A DNA stretch of 64,000 bases from a bacterium (GCA_043819515.1 JBDRES010000069.1:35722-99721), one strand, 5' to 3'; counted from the first letter of the stretch, positions 30,735 to 40,833 are shown. Numbers and translations: made by a program. The notes: a model not told the origin generated them from the sequence alone.

Positions 30735-33266
30735 ATGTCAGTCATGATCGAGATCCTTGAATGGGTCGACCCGACCGGCGATGAGATGATCTACCGCATT
30801 CCGCAGGAGGGCTCGGCCGACATTAAGATGGGCGCGCAGTTGATTGTCCGGGACAGTCAGATGGCCATGTTTTTCCACAACGGCCACGTGGCCGATTCAT
30901 TTACAACCGGTCGTCACTCGTTGTCGACCCACAACCTGCCGATTATCACGCGGCTGCTGGCTTTGCCGTTTGGATTTAAGTCACCGTTCCGGGCGGAAGT
31001 CTATTTTGTCAATCAAAAAGTGTTCACAGATCTCAAGTGGGGCACCAAGCATCCGGTCACATTCAAAGACAGCAAGTTGGGCCTCATTCGCTTGCGCGGC
31101 CACGGCGCCTTTACAATGCAGATAGAGAATCCAATGCTGTTTCTCAATTCCATCGTCGGTCGCCAGGCCCGGTACACGACGGCCGACATACAATCTTATC
31201 TGCGCGATGTCATCATTGCTCGTCTGAACGACCTGCTGGGTGAGGAGTTGGAATCGGTTCTGGATTTGCCGGCGGTATATACTGAACTGGCCGAGAAGTT
31301 CAAGAATGTGGTGCACCGGGAATTCGACAAGTATGGTCTCGAATTGGTCGATTTCTACATTGCCTCCATCACCCCTCCGGACGAAGTCGCCAAACTCATC
31401 GACCAGCGGTCCGGCATGGAGGCGGTTGGTGATGTCGACAAGTTCCTCAAATTCGAAATGGCCCGGGGCCTCGGCGCTCCTGGCGGTCCCGGCGGGGCCG
31501 GAGCCGGTATTGGTATGGCTGCTGGAGTTGGCGTCATGATGCCGAGTCTGATGAACCGTGTTTTTGCTCCCGAGCAGACCGATTTGAAGCGGGAGCCGGT
31601 TTCTACCGTGGCCTGTCCCAAGTGCCATACCGAGACACCCGAACAATCACGCTTTTGTTATCGCTGTGGCCATCAGATGATCGCCCTAAACACCTGTCCG
31701 TCATGCAACAACGAGCTGCCACCGGAGGCCAGCTTCTGCCTGCATTGCGGTCAGAAGCTCAACGCCCGGCATATGTGTCCGCACTGTAAGGCCGAGATAA
31801 TAATGGGATCCCGGTTCTGCGGTTCGTGCGGCAAGCAAATCGAGGCCGATGACACACCCTCAACGACAGCCAGTAATCAGAGCGGCTTTTATATCGGCCT
31901 GGGTTGCCCCGGCTGCGGGGGCGAGGTAAGGCAGCAAGAGGATTTTTACGTTTTGACCTGCGGTCATTGCGGGTCGGTCCTGCGGGTGCGAATGCCGGAT
32001 CAGCCCCCGGCCTTTATGGTCTCGGCCCGAATCGATGCCGGCCAGGCCAGATTCCATATTGATCGCTTTCAGAAGAAGCAGGCGGCGCCACTTACCAACC
32101 CCGGTCTTCAGTACAAGTTCCTGTACTATCCGTACTGGAAGGTCGACGCCATCATGCTCAAGCTTCGTAATCGGGTCGAAGAACGCGTTTACGTTACCGA
32201 ATCCGGTGAAGGCGGGTCAATCGAGCACCGCACCGAGACCCCCACCACCAACATCAACCTGGTGCCCTACATGACCACTGTTCCGGCCGGCCCGGAAATG
32301 AGTGGTAGACCGCCATCGATCGGCTCACGGGCTGATTATATCAAGTTGGTGCCGTACAGCCGGGAGAACACGCAGGATGGATTTGATTCGCTGCCCATCT
32401 CCCGGACCTGGGCCGAGGTATGGGAGGAACTGAACAAGAAAGTTCGGGCTGTGGGGACCATCGAGACGGCCGGCTTCGGCCGCAATCGTACGGAGATGTT
32501 CAGGCCGCTGCCACGACTCGTCTATTATCCCCTGGTGGTGGCCGAGCAGTATGGCCACAGTTCATTTGATCGGTGGGTACTTGACGGGCTCAGCGGCCGC
32601 GTGGTTGATCATCGTCACACCATCCCTGAGGATAGTATTACCTCCGAGGAAATGCCGGTGGTCAAATTTGGTGAGTTGGAGATTGATTTCCATCGTTGTC
32701 CGAACTGCGGCGATGATCTGCCGGCGGACGACGCTTGCCTGTGTATCTGTACGAACTGCGATCAAGTGATCAATCTCGATCTGCAATCGCGTGCTCCGGA
32801 CAGCATAGATATCGTCGATGGCCCGGTCGACAGCACCGCCGAGCTGTTTCCATTTTGGGTATTGGATTTGCCGCCTTCAGACGAAGCCACGCTGCGGGCG
32901 GTAGTCGGCGGACTGTTTGAGTCGACCAGCCTGGTGGTGCCGGCCTTTCGCATGTCTGGTTTTGACGGCTGCTATCGCCTGGCTCGGCGCATGTCGACGG
33001 CTCATCCGCGATTGCCGCTCCGGCCGCTGGATACTCATCAGGAGCGGCCCCACGCCGTCAATGTGAGTTTCTCCGAAGCGCTACTGATGGGCCAACTGAC
33101 CCTTTACCGCGCTCGCCTGTCTCAGAATCCCGACCAGGCGCTTGTCTGCCGGAGTCTCGAACCCGGCCGGGTCAGGCTGCTTTACGTCCCTTTCCAGAGG
33201 CAAGCTTACTTCTTTGTTGATACCGTCACAGATTCGGTGACCTTCGAAAAGAAACTCATCTCTTAG
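30735..33266 (+). CDS. SPFH/Band-7 (YdjI-like, PF13421-type) domain protein fused to three zinc-ribbons and a large C-terminal domain
   Basis: N-terminus IEILEWVDPTGDEMIYRIP...KMGAQLIVRDSQMAMFF...FKSPFRAEVYFVNQKVFTDLKWGT matches my recollection of the Bacillus YdjI SPFH family. Then CPKCH..CYRCG, CPSCN..CLHCG and CPHCK..CGSCG double zinc ribbons, and further CxxC pairs (CPGCGG..CGHCG; CPNCG..CTNCD) in a C-terminal region of about 450 aa. Confidence 0.7.
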   Translation: MSVMIEILEWVDPTGDEMIYRIPQEGSADIKMGAQLIVRDSQMAMFFHNGHVADSFTTGRHSLSTHNLPIITRLLALPFGFKSPFRAEVYFVNQKVFTDLKWGTKHPVTFKDSKLGLIRLRGHGAFTMQIENPMLFLNSIVGRQARYTTADIQSYLRDVIIARLNDLLGEELESVLDLPAVYTELAEKFKNVVHREFDKYGLELVDFYIASITPPDEVAKLIDQRSGMEAVGDVDKFLKFEMARGLGAPGGPGGAGAGIGMAAGVGVMMPSLMNRVFAPEQTDLKREPVSTVACPKCHTETPEQSRFCYRCGHQMIALNTCPSCNNELPPEASFCLHCGQKLNARHMCPHCKAEIIMGSRFCGSCGKQIEADDTPSTTASNQSGFYIGLGCPGCGGEVRQQEDFYVLTCGHCGSVLRVRMPDQPPAFMVSARIDAGQARFHIDRFQKKQAAPLTNPGLQYKFLYYPYWKVDAIMLKLRNRVEERVYVTESGEGGSIEHRTETPTTNINLVPYMTTVPAGPEMSGRPPSIGSRADYIKLVPYSRENTQDGFDSLPISRTWAEVWEELNKKVRAVGTIETAGFGRNRTEMFRPLPRLVYYPLVVAEQYGHSSFDRWVLDGLSGRVVDHRHTIPEDSITSEEMPVVKFGELEIDFHRCPNCGDDLPADDACLCICTNCDQVINLDLQSRAPDSIDIVDGPVDSTAELFPFWVLDLPPSDEATLRAVVGGLFESTSLVVPAFRMSGFDGCYRLARRMSTAHPRLPLRPLDTHQERPHAVNVSFSEALLMGQLTLYRARLSQNPDQALVCRSLEPGRVRLLYVPFQRQAYFFVDTVTDSVTFEKKLIS

Positions 33267-33306
33267 AATCCTGGAACAAGCCTATCTTCGCGTGGTAGAA
33301 AGCCTT

Positions 33307-33340
33307 GGGAGGCGCTGCCGCCTCTGGATTTGTCTTGCGG
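33307..33340 (+). terminator. Putative terminator after SPFH-zinc-ribbon gene
   Basis: GAGGCG-CTGC-CGCCTC hairpin followed by TGGATTTGTCTTG. Confidence 0.35.
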
Positions 33341-33486
33341 ACGGCTTCGATATTGGGTATTTTCGCCCGGACAAAATGTTGGAAGAACACATACAGCGCC
33401 CGAAAACACCACGTCTGCTTAGCTGCCCCAGGCAGCTTCTCCCAGGCTCGAAAGGCCCGGCCGGAGTAGTGTAGTGGGGCTGTTTT

Positions 33487-36150
33487 TTGGTGGGGACAAC
33501 AGTGAATAGAAAATCGGCGTCACTATTAGCCCTGACAATCTTGCTGGCCCTCAGTACCGTCCAGGCTCAGTCGGTCCTGCCCAAGCCCGCGGCGGCACCC
33601 GATTCCGGGTATACCAGTAACGCCGCCACCGACGTCGCCTTGCACGGCGGCGGTATATGGATGGCCACCGATGAAGGCGCCCAGGTGACCTACGATCAGG
33701 GGCAGACCTGGCTGCGGATCGGCCAGGGCACCGGGTTGATCAGCGAAATCGTCTCGGCCATATACTCGAGCGGGACGCGGCTGTGGATGGGAACCAGTCA
33801 CTCGCAGATGTATGATGGCGGCCGATACGCCTACTCCGATGGTGTTTCCTTCAGTGATGACAACGGGACTACCTGGCATCATATCGATTTTTCCGAGAGT
33901 GGACAGAACATCGATTGGGTAAGTGGTGTCTCCCGAACCGTTTTTGACATCACCGGCCACATCGATGAGGATCAAGATGCGGAGTGGGTTGTCTTTGCGG
34001 CTTTTGCCGGCGGCTTTCTGGCATCTCGCGATGGCGGCCTCAACTGGCGACGGATTTTCCCGACCACCATCGACTCGGTTCAATTCGTTTTTGGAGGTAC
34101 GCCCTCGGAGAGGAACCGCGCCTTCTCCTGCGTGGCTGATACCTCGCGCGGCGACACGTTGTACTTGTGGACCGGGACTGCCGAGGGGATTTTCCAGTAT
34201 ATCTTTGCTACGCCGAAACAGAAACCGCATTCAAAGCACATCAATCGGATTGCCTTTTGTGACGAATGCCCCGATTCGAGTTGGGTGTTTTATGGCGGCC
34301 ACGACGGTTTCACGCGCGGGCTGACCACCGGCCGTCCGTATATCAGTCGCCTGGAAGAAGACGGCTTGCCGGGGCCGGCGATCTCGGCTCTGATTGATTT
34401 CCGCGGCCGCTTGCTGGTGGCCACCTATGATGATGCCACCGATCTGTTCACCGGCCTGGCCTGGTCGGATGATCGCGGCGAGTCGTTTCAAAGCGACGAT
34501 CATCCGGTGACGTCTTACAACGGTCGATTTGCCGGTGGTGAAGCGCTGGTCACAGATTTTGCTGCTGTTAGAGAACGGCTGTACCTGGCCGGTGGTGCTA
34601 ACGGGCTTTTTGTTTCGTCCGACTCCGGGCTGACGTGGGATGACATTCTCGTAGATTCCTCGGCCGCATCCAGTCTGCTCAACTCCGCCAACGCACTTTT
34701 TGCTGACGGCGACACGCTCCTGGTTGGTACGGACTCAGGCTTGGCCAGCCTCTTTCTTGATCCGTTGGGAGTCATCGATTCCTCCCGGTTCCATGTCTTT
34801 GGCGAATTTGATTCCAGCGCTTTCCATGTCGGCTCGACTCGCGTGATGCGGGTACGCGTGCAAAAATTCTCTGACGATGACACCGGCGAACTGGATTCTA
34901 TGGCCTACTGGACTGTCAATCAGCCGTTGACCTCGGAGGGACGCAGGATGGTGGGCAGGAACAATCCTGACTCCAGCCTCTGGAACCACTATCAATGGCG
35001 GGCTAAGAGCATTGACGTAAACTTTATTGGAGACACCGCCATTGTCATGGGTGAGGATGGCATCTGGTTCACATCCGACGGGGGCAACCCCGGAGCCAAG
35101 TTCGCCATTGAGGAGCATTCCGGGGGCAATACTGTCGATTCTTTTGGCAACGATGTCGTGACGACGATGGAAGTCATGGGTGATACCGTCGCCTTTGGAT
35201 CCAACAACGGCTTCGCAATCTCAACCAACCGGGGCGCTGATTTCGATGTGGTTCGAGTCAACACCGATCCCCTCAAGGCGGATCTGGTCATACACCATTT
35301 GGCCAGTCAGACGGCGTTCGAAGGACTCACCGGCGATTTTGTCCCGGCTCTTGATGTTCAGTATGTCGATGGTCAGCCGGCCCGCGTTTGGGCTTCCAAT
35401 CGCAGTACCGCCTACTGGCCGGACAGCAACGCCATCTCAGTGGGACAAGTGATGGAAGTGGACGCAGACGGGGAGTATGTGCCGCTGGGCTCGGCCGATT
35501 CGGTAAATGGTTATGTCTGGGTCTGGGATCGCGTCTATAACAAGACTTTCGCCTGGAATCACGCCTTCTATGGTGATTCGGTTTTTGCCGCCACCGACAG
35601 CGGCCTGGTGCTGTTGGAGCCCAACGAAACGGCGACGGTCTGGACAGCAACAGAAATACCTCTTGAAAACGAAAACGGTGAACCCTGGCTCGCGGCCGGC
35701 ACTTCTGTCTACGGCGTTGAAGTGCAACCACCGTACTTGTGGGTGGGTACGGATGATCGCACGCTGCGTCTGCGGCTGGATGACCTCGGTGATCAGACGG
35801 TCTACCAGGTCATCGATTCGACCACTCCGCCGGACGAAGTCTACGCTTTCCCAGTGCCTTATAGCCACGCTATGGATGGCGCCAGTGGTGGACTGCTCGA
35901 CTTTCACTTTGTCCTGGACCGGCCGGCCGACGTAACCATTACTGTTTACGATTTTGCTATGAACAAAGTGGCCACGGTGATCGAGAATCAACCGTTCCCG
36001 GCCGGGATTTACCCGTCGAGCGGATCGCTGCGTCCCCGTTGGAACGGTATCAATGACAAGGGCGATCAGGGGGCCGTGGGAGTTTACTATTTTAAGGTAG
36101 AGTACTCGACCGGCGAAACTTACTGGGGTAAACTGGCCCTGATCCCATAA
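33487..36150 (+). CDS. Secreted BNR/Asp-box repeat protein with T9SS/FlgD-Ig-like C-terminal domain
   Basis: Signal peptide. Repeated S-x-D-x-G-x-T-W Asp-boxes (SDDNGTTWHH, SRDGGLNWRR, SSDSGLTWDD, TSDGGNPG). C-terminal about 100 aa beta-sandwich (VTITVYDFAMNKVATV...GVYYFKVEY) resembles T9SS sorting / FlgD-Ig domains. Confidence 0.6.
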   Translation: MVGTTVNRKSASLLALTILLALSTVQAQSVLPKPAAAPDSGYTSNAATDVALHGGGIWMATDEGAQVTYDQGQTWLRIGQGTGLISEIVSAIYSSGTRLWMGTSHSQMYDGGRYAYSDGVSFSDDNGTTWHHIDFSESGQNIDWVSGVSRTVFDITGHIDEDQDAEWVVFAAFAGGFLASRDGGLNWRRIFPTTIDSVQFVFGGTPSERNRAFSCVADTSRGDTLYLWTGTAEGIFQYIFATPKQKPHSKHINRIAFCDECPDSSWVFYGGHDGFTRGLTTGRPYISRLEEDGLPGPAISALIDFRGRLLVATYDDATDLFTGLAWSDDRGESFQSDDHPVTSYNGRFAGGEALVTDFAAVRERLYLAGGANGLFVSSDSGLTWDDILVDSSAASSLLNSANALFADGDTLLVGTDSGLASLFLDPLGVIDSSRFHVFGEFDSSAFHVGSTRVMRVRVQKFSDDDTGELDSMAYWTVNQPLTSEGRRMVGRNNPDSSLWNHYQWRAKSIDVNFIGDTAIVMGEDGIWFTSDGGNPGAKFAIEEHSGGNTVDSFGNDVVTTMEVMGDTVAFGSNNGFAISTNRGADFDVVRVNTDPLKADLVIHHLASQTAFEGLTGDFVPALDVQYVDGQPARVWASNRSTAYWPDSNAISVGQVMEVDADGEYVPLGSADSVNGYVWVWDRVYNKTFAWNHAFYGDSVFAATDSGLVLLEPNETATVWTATEIPLENENGEPWLAAGTSVYGVEVQPPYLWVGTDDRTLRLRLDDLGDQTVYQVIDSTTPPDEVYAFPVPYSHAMDGASGGLLDFHFVLDRPADVTITVYDFAMNKVATVIENQPFPAGIYPSSGSLRPRWNGINDKGDQGAVGVYYFKVEYSTGETYWGKLALIP

Positions 36151-36156
36151 GAGGAG

Positions 36157-37161
36157 ATGATACGGATGCAATCTAGACAGCTTATTGCGACGGCCCTGAT
36201 CCTATTGCTGACGGCCGCTGTCTCCTCCGCGGTGGCAGGTGATGGCGACGGTGGTTATGCCGGGTCTTTTCTTCAGATGCCGATTGGAGCCCGGCCGGCC
36301 GCTATGGGCGGCGCTTACCTGGCCGTTTCCAATGACGGCGCCGGGGTGCTGTACAATCCGGCTGGCTTGACTTCCTTGCAACGCCCGATGCTGGCCACTT
36401 CTTATCGTCTGATGAAACTCGATCGCAAACTGGGTTATGCTACCGCCATGCTGCCGGCGCGTGGCAATTCCGTGATCGGTTTGCATTGGCTTTATGGCGG
36501 ATCCGGATCGGTTGAGCGACGCAATTACGACGGCGATGCTCTGGGTGACCAGATCAGCATGAACTCTCATGCTTTTTCGATCATATTTGCCAAACGCTTT
36601 GAGAGTGCCTTTTCGGCCGGAGTGAAGATGAACTATCTGCACTCGCAATTTGCCGAAATGTCGGCCTATTCGGTCGGCATCGATTTTGGCGTTATGTTCT
36701 ATCTCGACCACCTCTTTGGACGCGAGAAAGTCGGGTTACTGCCGATTGATGATGCGCAAGTGGGAATTACCCTCAATAACCTGGACGCCACCTACAACTG
36801 GAATAACGAAGCGTACGTTCACAAACACATCAGCGGCAGCGGCGTAGGCACCGAGCAAGCGGATGAAATCCCGATGGAATTTGGGCTGGGCTTGTCGGGG
36901 CGTTTGATGCAACGCAAGCTGTTGCTGGCGACCGACCTGATCAAGAACGCCAAGCAGGGAGCGGAACTTCACGCCGGGGCCGAGTATTTTGTGAAACCGG
37001 AGTTTGCCTTCCGGGGTGGTTTTTCCGACGGCCGCCTGACCGCGGGGACCGGCTACGTGTTTAGAATCGGCAGCCAGACTCTTGCGATCGATTACGCCTT
37101 CTCGACCGACAAAGCCGATGAAGGCTCCGAGCACATATTCTCTTTTGACCTCCTCTTCTGA
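36157..37161 (+). CDS. PorV/FadL-like outer-membrane beta-barrel protein (T9SS-associated family)
   Basis: Signal peptide, then the conserved N-terminal motif GARPAAMGGAYLAVSNDGAGVLYNPAGL shared by PorV/PorQ/FadL-type barrels. Alternating amphipathic strands and a C-terminal aromatic residue. Confidence 0.5.
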   Translation: MIRMQSRQLIATALILLLTAAVSSAVAGDGDGGYAGSFLQMPIGARPAAMGGAYLAVSNDGAGVLYNPAGLTSLQRPMLATSYRLMKLDRKLGYATAMLPARGNSVIGLHWLYGGSGSVERRNYDGDALGDQISMNSHAFSIIFAKRFESAFSAGVKMNYLHSQFAEMSAYSVGIDFGVMFYLDHLFGREKVGLLPIDDAQVGITLNNLDATYNWNNEAYVHKHISGSGVGTEQADEIPMEFGLGLSGRLMQRKLLLATDLIKNAKQGAELHAGAEYFVKPEFAFRGGFSDGRLTAGTGYVFRIGSQTLAIDYAFSTDKADEGSEHIFSFDLLF

Positions 37162-37170
37162 GGTGAGACG

Positions 37171-38079
37171 ATGAAGGTACTAAAATTCAGTCTCTTGGTA
37201 GCCGGCTTGGTTGTCACCATGAATGCGTCCGGAGTCGCTTCCGATGCCGGTCTGGCTCTGCTTACCAACGAGTATTCCGCCCGACCGGCGGGGATGGGTG
37301 GCGCGGCAGTTTCGATTCTGTCCGATCCCAACGCCATTTGGTACAACCCGGCTGCGGCGGTCGGACTGGACACGTTTACGGCTTCATTCGGCCATACGGT
37401 TTTCTGGGAGAATATCCGCTTCGAGTCCGGTTGCTTTGGAATCGGCTTGTCGCCCAGATTCTACCTGCATGGTGGCATTCGCATGGCCACCATCGACGAT
37501 ATCGAGCAACGGGGTGAAGTACCGACAACCCAACCGGAAGCGTTGTTTGGATCGCACGATATCTCCGGCAAACTAGGTTTGGCTTATCGGATGAGCGACG
37601 ACGTCGCTGTAGGGGCGGCCATTGGATGGATGTTTGAGGAAATCGAATCCTGGCGCGGGTCGGAGTTCAACGTCGATGTGGGTGTGAATGTCACGCCACG
37701 TATCGAGGGCCTCACCCTGGGTGCCGCCGTCACCGGCCTGGGCGGCGACATGGCTATCACCAAAGAAGGGACTATCGGTTCGCGCGAAATCCCCTTGCCG
37801 ACAACCTATCGATTCGGCGGTTCATATACTTATCGCTGGCTGCGCGGCGCGGCCGATTTGGTTTATCTCGATGACCAGGCCCACGCCCACCTGGGAGTCG
37901 AGGGCACTGTGTCAAAAGAACTCAATCTTCGCGCCGGCTACATGTCCGGCTATGATACTCGCAACATCACGGCCGGAGCGTCATTCGCATATCGCAACGT
38001 GCGCGTCGACTATGCCTTCCTGCCGTATTCTGATAATCTCGGAACAAGTCACCTGTTTAACGTAACGTTTAGTCTTTAG
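37171..38079 (+). CDS. PorQ/PorV-like outer-membrane beta-barrel protein (paralog of upstream gene)
   Basis: Signal peptide plus SARPAGMGGAAVSILSDPNAIWYNPAA motif. Ends ..NVTFSL. Tandem paralog of the upstream barrel. Confidence 0.5.
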   Translation: MKVLKFSLLVAGLVVTMNASGVASDAGLALLTNEYSARPAGMGGAAVSILSDPNAIWYNPAAAVGLDTFTASFGHTVFWENIRFESGCFGIGLSPRFYLHGGIRMATIDDIEQRGEVPTTQPEALFGSHDISGKLGLAYRMSDDVAVGAAIGWMFEEIESWRGSEFNVDVGVNVTPRIEGLTLGAAVTGLGGDMAITKEGTIGSREIPLPTTYRFGGSYTYRWLRGAADLVYLDDQAHAHLGVEGTVSKELNLRAGYMSGYDTRNITAGASFAYRNVRVDYAFLPYSDNLGTSHLFNVTFSL

Positions 38080-38098
38080 AGAGGAAGAGACACACACG

Positions 38099-39217
38099 AT
38101 GGCCAAGTATCGCATTGCCTGGATGCCTGGTGATGGCGTTGGTAACGACGTCATGGAGGCAGCAAAAATCGTCCTGGACAAACTTGCCCTCGACGCTGAC
38201 TATCCCCATGCCGATATCGGTTGGGAATTCTGGAAAACCGAAGCCAACCCGCTGCCGGACCGGACCGTCAAGCTGCTTAACGAAGTTGACTGCTCGCTTT
38301 TTGGAGCCATCACTTCAATGCCCAAAGAAGAGTGCGAAAAGGCGCTCATTCCCGCATTGCAGGGCAAGGGGCATGTTTATGCCTCGCCGATCGTGCGGTT
38401 GCGCCAGGAGTTTAATCTCCGAACCAACCTGCGGCCGTGCAAAGCCTACCCCGGCAACCCGCTCAATTACAAAGAGGGCATCGACCTGATGGTCTTCCGC
38501 GAGAACACCGAGGACCTTTATGTCGGCGTCGAGTTCCACCCTCTGCCCGATGAAGTCCGCGACGTGCTGAAGAAGCATCACAAAAAGATGGCGCGCTTTG
38601 ACGGTACCGCCGGCAAAGACATCGCCGTCTCGCTGCGCATTAACACCCGTCTGGGCTGCCGCAACATCATCACCGACGCCTTCGAGTACGCTAAAAAGAC
38701 CGGCCGCAAGAGTGTGACCGTGGTCGAGAAACCGAATGTCGTGCGCGAGACCTCCGGGCTGATGGTGCGCACGGCTCGCGAAGTTGCCAAGAACTATCCG
38801 GGCATCGAACTCTGGGAGACCAACATCGACGCCATGTGCATGTGGCTGATCAAGAACCCGCTCGACTATTCGGTTCTGGTGACAACCAACATGTTCGGTG
38901 ATATCGTCAGTGACCTTTGCGCGCAGCTAGTCGGTGGTCTCGGTTTTGCCGCTTCGGGCAACATCAGCGACAAGCTGGCGGTGTTCGAGCCGACCCACGG
39001 GTCCGCGCCGAAATACGCCGGTCAGTACAAAGTCAACCCGATGGCTATGCTGTTGACGACGCGGATGATGCTTGAATGGCTGGGCGAGAACGATATGGCC
39101 GAGCGACTCGAAAACGCTATCGCGGCCGTCATCAAAGAAGGCAAGGTCCGCACCTACGACATGGGCGGTACTTCGACCACTCTCGAAGTCGGCCAGGCGG
39201 TCGCAGACAAGCTGTAA
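38099..39217 (+). CDS. Isocitrate/isopropylmalate dehydrogenase family protein (NAD(P)-dependent beta-decarboxylating dehydrogenase)
   Basis: Family signature NMFGDIVSDLCAQLVGGLGFAASGNI and a Rossmann-like N-terminus IAWMPGDGVGNDV. 372 aa. Confidence 0.75.
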   Translation: MAKYRIAWMPGDGVGNDVMEAAKIVLDKLALDADYPHADIGWEFWKTEANPLPDRTVKLLNEVDCSLFGAITSMPKEECEKALIPALQGKGHVYASPIVRLRQEFNLRTNLRPCKAYPGNPLNYKEGIDLMVFRENTEDLYVGVEFHPLPDEVRDVLKKHHKKMARFDGTAGKDIAVSLRINTRLGCRNIITDAFEYAKKTGRKSVTVVEKPNVVRETSGLMVRTAREVAKNYPGIELWETNIDAMCMWLIKNPLDYSVLVTTNMFGDIVSDLCAQLVGGLGFAASGNISDKLAVFEPTHGSAPKYAGQYKVNPMAMLLTTRMMLEWLGENDMAERLENAIAAVIKEGKVRTYDMGGTSTTLEVGQAVADKL

Positions 39218-39225
39218 TCTGAATC

Positions 39226-39260
39226 GTCATTCCTGCGAAAGCAGGAATCCAATCTTGAAG
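39226..39260 (-). repeat. REP-like palindromic hairpin repeat, copy A1 (reverse orientation)
   Basis: TCATTCCTGCGAAAGCAGGAATCC AATCTTGAAGG. This is the reverse complement of the GGATTCCYGCTTTCGCRGGAATGA unit seen at 41638, 41790 and 42023. Confidence 0.7.
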
Positions 39261-39289
39261 GCAGGCCTCGAAAGGGGCCTGCTTTTTTT
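39260..39289 (+). terminator. Rho-independent terminator after dehydrogenase gene
   Basis: GCAGGCC-TCGAAAGG-GGCCTGC stem-loop followed by T7. Confidence 0.8.
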
Positions 39290-39367
39290 GTGATTGACTA
39301 AGGTGACGGTGTCTGCTATGAATAGCATCGGAGGTATAACAGAACTTAAGCAGGACAGGGTTGCGTC

Positions 39368-40045
39368 ATGGTGGACAAGATACCATTCAATGCCTATGAC
39401 TTTTTCGGTTACTTGGCGCCCGGTGCTATTGCGTGTGTCAGCCTCGACTATGTGCTGGGTCTGGGTATAGTGCTCGTGAAGGATCCGGGTGCGTATTTCA
39501 CGGTGCTTATCGTTATGGCGTTCTATTTCGTGGGGCATGTGGTGGCTGCTGGATCTGCTCTGGTGTATGGCAGGGTAGTCGCACGCATTGTGTACGGTGA
39601 CTACTATGAATACCTGTTTTCTGATGATCGCATGACAATGTGGCGACGACTGACCGCCTGCGCTCCGTTGCCTGCGGAGATCCAAACCGCAGTTTTGAAA
39701 CAGGCGCGTGGTGTTGCAATAGAGAAGGCTGGTCAAGCCCTATATCAATTTGCCTGCAGCGTGGCGCGGCGATCCCCTGAATACGGCCCGAGACTGAGAG
39801 TGTTTCTGAACCTGCTTGGCTTTTCCAGGAATGTGTCAGCGGCATTTGCGGTAGCAGGGATTGCTTTCGCATTGTCGTCGTATGGGGGTGGTGGCAGCAC
39901 ATCGATCGGATGGATGACAGCTGCAGCGCTGTTTGCATCAGCCGTGATGTTGGTGCGTTTCATGCGATTTTATCGTCTCTATGGAGTCGAAGTGTTCTCA
40001 GCGTTGGCCTACCACGATGATCGGAAGGATGACGCAGCTTGCTAA
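39368..40045 (+). CDS. Hypothetical 4-TM membrane protein (low-GC insert, gene 1)
   Basis: 225 aa with four hydrophobic helices and a GGGGS stretch. Local GC is clearly lower than the flanks. Stop overlaps the next gene start. Confidence 0.5.
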   Translation: MVDKIPFNAYDFFGYLAPGAIACVSLDYVLGLGIVLVKDPGAYFTVLIVMAFYFVGHVVAAGSALVYGRVVARIVYGDYYEYLFSDDRMTMWRRLTACAPLPAEIQTAVLKQARGVAIEKAGQALYQFACSVARRSPEYGPRLRVFLNLLGFSRNVSAAFAVAGIAFALSSYGGGGSTSIGWMTAAALFASAVMLVRFMRFYRLYGVEVFSALAYHDDRKDDAAC

Positions 40046-40833
40046 TACAGATCTTCAACGTGGGGCATGGATTTTGTGCGTTGGTTCGTGCGGACAACGG
40101 CAACAGCTTGTTAGTCGACTGCGGCTCGGGTGGACCAAACGACTTCAAGCCATCCAGGTACCTACCATCGATAGGCGTTACAAGGCTTCAAAAACTGGTG
40201 ATCTCCAATTACGATGAAGACCATATGTCAGATTTGGCGGAGTTGCGGCGCAGCGTGCACATAGAAATACTAGCCAAAAACTGCAGCATTAATCCGGACC
40301 AGTTGGAAAAGCTGAAAGCCGAATCAGGTCCTATCGGCAGTGGCATGAGCTCGCTCTTGGATATGCTCCACATGTATACGAGCCCTGTGCTGGCGGAGCC
40401 TGACTTCGCTGGATGTGGCTTTCGATTCTACCACAATCAGTATCCAGGATTCCAGGACACCAATAATCTGTCGCTCGTCACTTTTGTGAAGTACGGCACT
40501 CACCAAATCGTCTTTCCTGGAGACCTTGAGACCGCTGGGTGGGATAAGCTGTTAGAAAGATCTGACTTCAGGGCCGACTTGGCGTGCACGACGGTGTTCG
40601 TTGCATCCCACCATGGTAGGAGATCCGGGTATTGCCCTGAAGTCTTCGGCTACTGCAGCCCCGGGATTATAATCGTTTCAGATTCCGGAATCCAATATGA
40701 CACCCAAGTGGTCCCATATGATGCGCATGCGCGCGGGATATCCCTTGGTTCGCAAAGGAGGTACGTCTATACAACGCGCAAAGACGGAGATATTACTCTA
40801 CGATACTTTCCTGACGGTCGATGGGAGATATAG
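40039..40833 (+). CDS. Metallo-beta-lactamase-fold hydrolase with degenerate metal-binding motif (low-GC insert, gene 2)
   Basis: Beta-strand-rich N-terminus LIQIFNVGHGFCALVRADNGNSLLVDCGSG. The canonical HxHxDH motif is replaced by SNYDEDHMSDL, and a later VASHHGRRSGY resembles the ComEC-type MBL SHHG motif. TTG start overlaps the upstream stop by 7 nt. Confidence 0.6.
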   Translation: MLIQIFNVGHGFCALVRADNGNSLLVDCGSGGPNDFKPSRYLPSIGVTRLQKLVISNYDEDHMSDLAELRRSVHIEILAKNCSINPDQLEKLKAESGPIGSGMSSLLDMLHMYTSPVLAEPDFAGCGFRFYHNQYPGFQDTNNLSLVTFVKYGTHQIVFPGDLETAGWDKLLERSDFRADLACTTVFVASHHGRRSGYCPEVFGYCSPGIIIVSDSGIQYDTQVVPYDAHARGISLGSQRRYVYTTRKDGDITLRYFPDGRWEI

